The notes under the pieces are model-generated. The model saw nothing but the letters and a program-made list of their open reading frames with translations, did not search any database and had not been told where the DNA came from. Shown in pieces: positions 7,797 to 11,616 of a stretch of DNA of 11,616 bases (the first letter of the stretch is position 1; each line of letters opens with the position of its first letter). The DNA is from an uncultured Thermococci archaeon (lineage in GTDB: Archaea; Methanobacteriota_B; Thermococci; Thermococcales; Thermococcaceae). The stretch covers positions 32,370-43,985 of the forward strand of contig CAZTOS010000007.1 in NCBI GenBank assembly GCA_964615185.1, read 5' to 3'. Made by a program: the position numbers and the translations under genes.

Positions 7797-8265
7797 TTTT
7801 TCTCTTTTTCATTGGGAGCAACCTAACAGGGCTCCCACAATCAGGGCAGATGCCTCCTGGTGGCTCACGGTCAAATTTTTTGTTACATCCGATGCATACA
7901 TATCTCCAGCGGATTACTTTTCTTATGCCTCTTTTAAGCGTTTTAAACTTTATTCCAAGAGTTTTGGCAATATTCTGGAGATTGTAATCATCAGTAAAAA
8001 GGACAGCTTTTAGCTCATAAGCAAGTGCAAGAACTTCAATATCTGCTTCGCTCAGCTCATCTAATTCTCCTGTCTCGAGGGCTTTCGTCTTAATAACCTC
8101 AATGCTCTCCTCTGAAGGCATCAAAACTTTTACTTTGCCAGCACTGATTAAGCTCTCCAGAAAGAGCTTCGACTCAGGGTCTTTCACTTCTTCCACTACT
8201 TTTGGTGTGGTATAACCTTCAACATCAATTCCTTGAATGAATATCGCTGCATCTATAACCGGCAT
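7780..8265 (-). CDS. nob1: Nob1-like rRNA maturation endonuclease (PIN domain + C-terminal zinc ribbon), 161 aa
   Basis: [41 protein letters not shown] motifs plus CIGC...CPDCGS zinc ribbon. No RBS; a TTTAA element about 25 nt upstream suggests a leaderless mRNA. Confidence 0.9.
   Translation of the reverse strand: MPVIDAAIFIQGIDVEGYTTPKVVEEVKDPESKLFLESLISAGKVKVLMPSEESIEVIKTKALETGELDELSEADIEVLALAYELKAVLFTDDYNLQNIAKTLGIKFKTLKRGIRKVIRWRYVCIGCNKKFDREPPGGICPDCGSPVRLLPMKKRKKRQRS
7796..7809 (+). terminator. Oligo-T archaeal terminator after the sRNA / alkA operon
   Basis: TTTTTTCTCTTTTT directly after the sRNA stem (also encodes the nob1 Lys/Arg tail on the opposite strand). Confidence 0.5.
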
Positions 8266-8458
8266 GAAGTGTAATTAGAGGAAAGGGTTAAAGGTTTATC
8301 GCTTTTGGGTATTCTTTACTTTTTGTAGAGAAAAGTTGTGCAAAGGTAAGAAAATTACCACGGAAAATGTTAAGATAAATACAGTCAATCTTGAACTAGT
8401 ACTATCAATAGAGTTGTACTTCCCTTTGTCAATGCAACAACATAAAGAATATGAGTTC

Positions 8459-8472
8459 AAAAACTTTATATA
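8459..8472 (+). promoter_or_regulatory. BRE/TATA promoter of the symporter operon
   Basis: AAAAAC-TTTATATA about 50 nt upstream of ATG 8523, with RBS GAGGTGGTGA at 8511-8520. Confidence 0.65.
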
Positions 8473-8522
8473 TTTCAAGAGTAACATTCAAATTGTGGAT
8501 ATTTTCCAAAGAGGTGGTGACA

Positions 8523-8735
8523 ATGCCTGAAAAGCCCTCTTTTATAAATGACAAAAACCTGGCTATTCTAACAGTAATTCTATGGATATTTCCCTTTGCA
8601 GTGTACCTTTTCAACACACCAGACCCATCAGTTCTCCACATGAGCAAGCCATTCGCATATTCTGTGATATGGTGGATAATAGTTCTATTGCTCTTTGTAA
8701 TCTGGGCGTACTATGATCTCGGGGGTGGCGAGTAA
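8523..8735 (+). CDS. Small two-TM membrane protein (DUF3311-like accessory of sodium:solute symporters), 70 aa
   Basis: MPEKPSF...; two hydrophobic helices separated by NTPDPSVLHM; strong RBS; TAATG overlap with the symporter start. The ORF-track start 8451 lies upstream of the TATA box and is rejected. Confidence 0.75.
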   Translation: MPEKPSFINDKNLAILTVILWIFPFAVYLFNTPDPSVLHMSKPFAYSVIWWIIVLLLFVIWAYYDLGGGE

Positions 8736-10279
8736 TGGAAGCTTGGCAGGTTGCCACCACAATTATATTCTTCTACAGCTTGCTTGTAATAGGCATCGGT
8801 GCTTGGGCAGGAAAAATCATGAAGAAGTCCATGGAGGACTTTTACGTCCTTGGCAGAAAAGGGAGCACAATCGTCACTTTCCTTGCAACCGCAGCAACTT
8901 ATCATAGCGCTTTTGCGTTCTTAACAAGTGTAGCGGTGTTTGCAACGGCGGGTGTTACTTTTTGGATTGCAGCTTCTGCCTGGACAGTTCTCGCGGGAAT
9001 CTTCATGTACATAGCTGGACCAAGAATATGGAAGATAGGGAAGGCCAGAGGACATATAACTCCCGCCGATATGCTGAGCGATTTCTATGACAGCAAAGCT
9101 ATTGGAGTAATAACTGCAATTGTCATGGCACTTTTCATAATTGCATATATAGTGGTCCAAGCCGTTGGTCTTGGAATAATTCTCGATGTTGCAAGCCAGG
9201 GGCACATTCCTTATCAGTGGGCCTCACTAATATTGATACTCGTGGCAGCTGTCTATCTTTTCCTCGGTGGGCTTAGAGCTGCTTACTGGACCGACGTACT
9301 TCAGGGAATTTGGATGTACATAGGCATTTTCGTGGCAGCATTGATTATCGTTGGCAAACTTGTACCTGGAGGCTTTGCAGTCCTTATGGACTCCGTTAGG
9401 GCAGTAAATCCGAAGCTACTAACCATGAATTGGACGCCTCAAAAGATGCTCGGGGCAGTCCTTATATATGGCCCTGGTCTCATGCTTCTCCAGCACCTCT
9501 GGATTAAGTACTATATAGCCAAGGACGAGAAAATCCTTAAGACGTCTGCAGTAGGAACTGCAATCTATTTGAGCACCTACTACATTGCCGCAGCACTAAT
9601 AGGACTTTCAGCTGCAGTAGCGAATGCAAAGGGAATCCCAGGGGTTCTCGATGCTGGGTTTATCTCGGCACTGAAAGCCCAGTATGGAAGTGCCGATGCA
9701 GTTGCGGCGGTGATGATATACAAGCTCCTTCATCCAGTTCTCGCAGGATTCCTGCTTGCCGGCGCCACTGCAGCAGCAATGTCAACCCTCGATTCATTCT
9801 TAGGCTCAACATCGATGATTCTGGTCAGGGATATCTACCAAAAGCATATCAAGCCCGGTGCAGATGAGGGACATTATGTGCTTGTCAGCAGAGTCTTCAT
9901 GATAATTTGGGCCCTCATAGGATGGTACTTCGCCCTCCTCAAGCCGGGTCTAATATTCAACATAGCTTCAATTGCCTGTGCTGGTGGACTACAGTTCCTA
10001 CCACTCCTTCTTCCAGCAATAGTTCCAAGTACGAAGAGGTACATAAACAGAAACGGTGCCCTCTGGGGATTGATAATTGGGAGCTTCCTCGCAGCGTTCC
10101 TCTCACCACAGATTGGAGGAAAAGTTGGCTTCCCAACTGTTGAACACCCAGCCGTTGCGGGTCTTGTAGCAGTAATCATCAATGTAATAGTTGCACTCGT
10201 GATTTCAGCAGCCACAAAACCCAGCGAGAGGGAGCTTAAAGTTATGGAAGAATACAGAGAGATCCTTACAAAAGCTTAA
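8735..10279 (+). CDS. Sodium:solute symporter family (SSF/SLC5-like) transporter, 514 aa
   Basis: EDFYVLGR, GGLRAAYWTDVLQG, AAAMSTLDS, RDIYQK and NRNGALWG motifs; many TM segments. Confidence 0.92.
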   Translation: MEAWQVATTIIFFYSLLVIGIGAWAGKIMKKSMEDFYVLGRKGSTIVTFLATAATYHSAFAFLTSVAVFATAGVTFWIAASAWTVLAGIFMYIAGPRIWKIGKARGHITPADMLSDFYDSKAIGVITAIVMALFIIAYIVVQAVGLGIILDVASQGHIPYQWASLILILVAAVYLFLGGLRAAYWTDVLQGIWMYIGIFVAALIIVGKLVPGGFAVLMDSVRAVNPKLLTMNWTPQKMLGAVLIYGPGLMLLQHLWIKYYIAKDEKILKTSAVGTAIYLSTYYIAAALIGLSAAVANAKGIPGVLDAGFISALKAQYGSADAVAAVMIYKLLHPVLAGFLLAGATAAAMSTLDSFLGSTSMILVRDIYQKHIKPGADEGHYVLVSRVFMIIWALIGWYFALLKPGLIFNIASIACAGGLQFLPLLLPAIVPSTKRYINRNGALWGLIIGSFLAAFLSPQIGGKVGFPTVEHPAVAGLVAVIINVIVALVISAATKPSERELKVMEEYREILTKA

Positions 10280-10323
10280 ATTTTATCTTTTTTATTTTCT
10301 CTTGAGTTCTGGAGGTGATAATT

Positions 10324-11088
10324 ATGAAAGTTGACCTCAATTCTGATCTCGGAGAAAGTTTTGGAAGATACAAACTCGGCATGGATGAGGAAGTTATGAA
10401 ATACATTACATCAGCCAACATTGCATGCGGCTGGCACGCTGGAGACCCATTGGTGATGAGAAAAACCGTAAAGCTTGCAAAAGAAAACGGCGTTGAAGTA
10501 GGTGCTCACCCAGGCTACCCAGACCTTATGGGCTTTGGTAGGAGATACATGAAGATAACAAGGGAAGAAGCAAGGAATTACACTCTTTACCAAATTGGAG
10601 CGTTATATGCATTTGTTAAAGCTGAGGGCTTAACTCTACAGCATGTTAAACCCCATGGAGCTCTCTATAATGCTTTAGTCAAAGATGAAGAGCTTGCAAG
10701 AGGAGTTCTTGAAGGAATAGCAGATTTTGACAAAAAGCTGATTTTTGTAGGATTGTCGCTCTCAAAGCCCTTAGAGATTGCCAAGGAAATGGGGCTTAGA
10801 GTTGCTCACGAAGTTTTTGCTGATAGAGCTTACAATCCAGATGGAACCTTAGTTCCAAGGAGCAAAGAGGGTGCAGTAATTCACGATAAGGAGCTTATAG
10901 CGGAGAGGGTAATTTCAATGGTCAAGGATGGAGGCGTTAAAGCAATCAACGGTGAGTGGATCGAGCTTAAAGCTGATACAATTTGCGTTCACGGTGACAA
11001 TCCAAAAGCCCTTGAGATTGCAGCATACATCAGAAAGCGCTTGGAGGAGGAAGGGGTCAAGATTGTGCCAATGGGAAAGATTATTTAA
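10324..11088 (+). CDS. pxpA: 5-oxoprolinase subunit A (LamB/YcsF family), 254 aa
   Basis: [64 protein letters not shown] motifs; GGAGGTGA RBS favours ATG 10324. Confidence 0.95.
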   Translation: MKVDLNSDLGESFGRYKLGMDEEVMKYITSANIACGWHAGDPLVMRKTVKLAKENGVEVGAHPGYPDLMGFGRRYMKITREEARNYTLYQIGALYAFVKAEGLTLQHVKPHGALYNALVKDEELARGVLEGIADFDKKLIFVGLSLSKPLEIAKEMGLRVAHEVFADRAYNPDGTLVPRSKEGAVIHDKELIAERVISMVKDGGVKAINGEWIELKADTICVHGDNPKALEIAAYIRKRLEEEGVKIVPMGKII

Positions 11089-11107
11089 GCATCAACAATA
11101 ATGGAAA

Positions 11108-11308
11108 ATGGGGAAGAAGATGGGAATAATAGAGGCAGTTTATGAAAATGGAGTGTTCAAACCTCTAAAGAAAGTAAAAGCTCCAAAAAAGGTTAAACTG
11201 GTGATAATCAAAGACTTTGAAAGGGACTTAGAGGAAGTTTTTGGCATCCTTGAGGAGGACATAGACATCAAAAAACTCAGAAGTGAGTGGGATAGAGGAT
11301 GTATTTAG
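11108..11308 (+). CDS. AF2212/DUF104-like antitoxin (start may be 11120)
   Basis: IEAVYENGVFKPLKKV signature, acidic C-terminus, overlaps a PIN gene. Confidence 0.88.
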   Translation: MGKKMGIIEAVYENGVFKPLKKVKAPKKVKLVIIKDFERDLEEVFGILEEDIDIKKLRSEWDRGCI

Positions 11309-11616
11309 TTGATACTGATGTTATAATTGACATTCTCAGAGGCATCAAGGGATCAAAGGAGTTCTTACTCGATATATCTAACGAGGGCATCTTTCTTTCA
11401 GTAATCAGTATGGCGGAGATATTTTCAGGGAAGGAGACAAGAGACCCAATAAAACACGAGAAAATATTGAGGTTTCTGTCTCATTTTGAAGTGGTGCCTC
11501 TAACTCAAGAAATTGCCATTCTGGGAGGGGCAATAAGAAGAGACTACCAAATTGGCCTGGCTGATGCGTTGATTGCTGCAACTGCAATCCACAATGGATT
11601 AACAGTGGTAACCCAC
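11299..11616 (+). CDS. vapC: VapC PIN-domain toxin, truncated by the window end
   Basis: Manually translated: MYLVDTDVIIDILRG...SVISMAEIFSG...IGLADALIAATAIHNGLTVVTH, open to the edge; classic PIN motifs. Confidence 0.92.
   Translation, partial: MYLVDTDVIIDILRGIKGSKEFLLDISNEGIFLSVISMAEIFSGKETRDPIKHEKILRFLSHFEVVPLTQEIAILGGAIRRDYQIGLADALIAATAIHNGLTVVTH

Noticed and set aside
7780..8265. Nob1 as a third VapC toxin
   Set aside because: C-terminal zinc ribbon and absence of an upstream antitoxin indicate housekeeping Nob1.
8391..8460. TAGTACTA palindrome, TTGAACT...AGTTCAA pair and a near SurR-like GTT-N4-AAC
   Set aside because: Short or irregularly spaced; SurR needs GTT-N3-AAC; compatible with chance in AT-rich DNA.
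8296..8647. Short ORFs (63-72 aa) in the nob1/symporter intergenic region and the 8451 start
   Set aside because: They span promoter elements and lack RBSs; the small gene is better started at 8523.
8735..10279. Apparently higher GC of the symporter as evidence of horizontal transfer
   Set aside because: Spot checks show similar GC in AMP phosphorylase; Ala/Gly richness can explain it, and no codon analysis was run.
1..11616. The two oppositely oriented TA pairs as ends of one mobile island; CRISPR, IS, tRNA or rRNA
   Set aside because: Intervening genes are core-type, no integrase/transposase or terminal repeats are seen, and no repeat-spacer array or tRNA/rRNA-like GC-rich structure was found.

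Overview
Archaeal chromosomal DNA, most likely a low-GC Thermococcales (Thermococcus-like), inferred from gene content, GGAGG/AGGTGA ribosome-binding sites and BRE/TATA promoters. Left to right: an AF2212-type antitoxin/PIN toxin pair (minus), DUF123 GIY-YIG-like nuclease, DUF2095 protein, AMP phosphorylase, an 83-aa hypothetical, the stomatin + NfeD protease pair, a four-gene overlapping operon (wHTH-like protein, AlkA glycosylase, two coiled-coil proteins), a box C/D guide sRNA, Nob1, a small membrane protein + sodium:solute symporter + pxpA unit, and a second antitoxin/VapC pair running off the right edge. Most notable: (1) the C/D sRNA at 7740-7796, whose D guide predicts 2'-O-methylation of C34 of a CAU-anticodon (probably intron-containing pre-tRNA-Met) and which overlaps the nob1 3' end antisense; (2) the left antitoxin reads in frame into its toxin, and its natural-looking tail sits in the -1 frame behind an A-AAA-AAT slippery heptamer; (3) that TA module is bracketed by a 16/18-nt direct repeat; (4) a possible 5-oxoproline uptake/salvage operon; (5) an inverted repeat bracketing the promoter of the alkA operon. 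All family calls come from motif recognition by eye; no searches were run.
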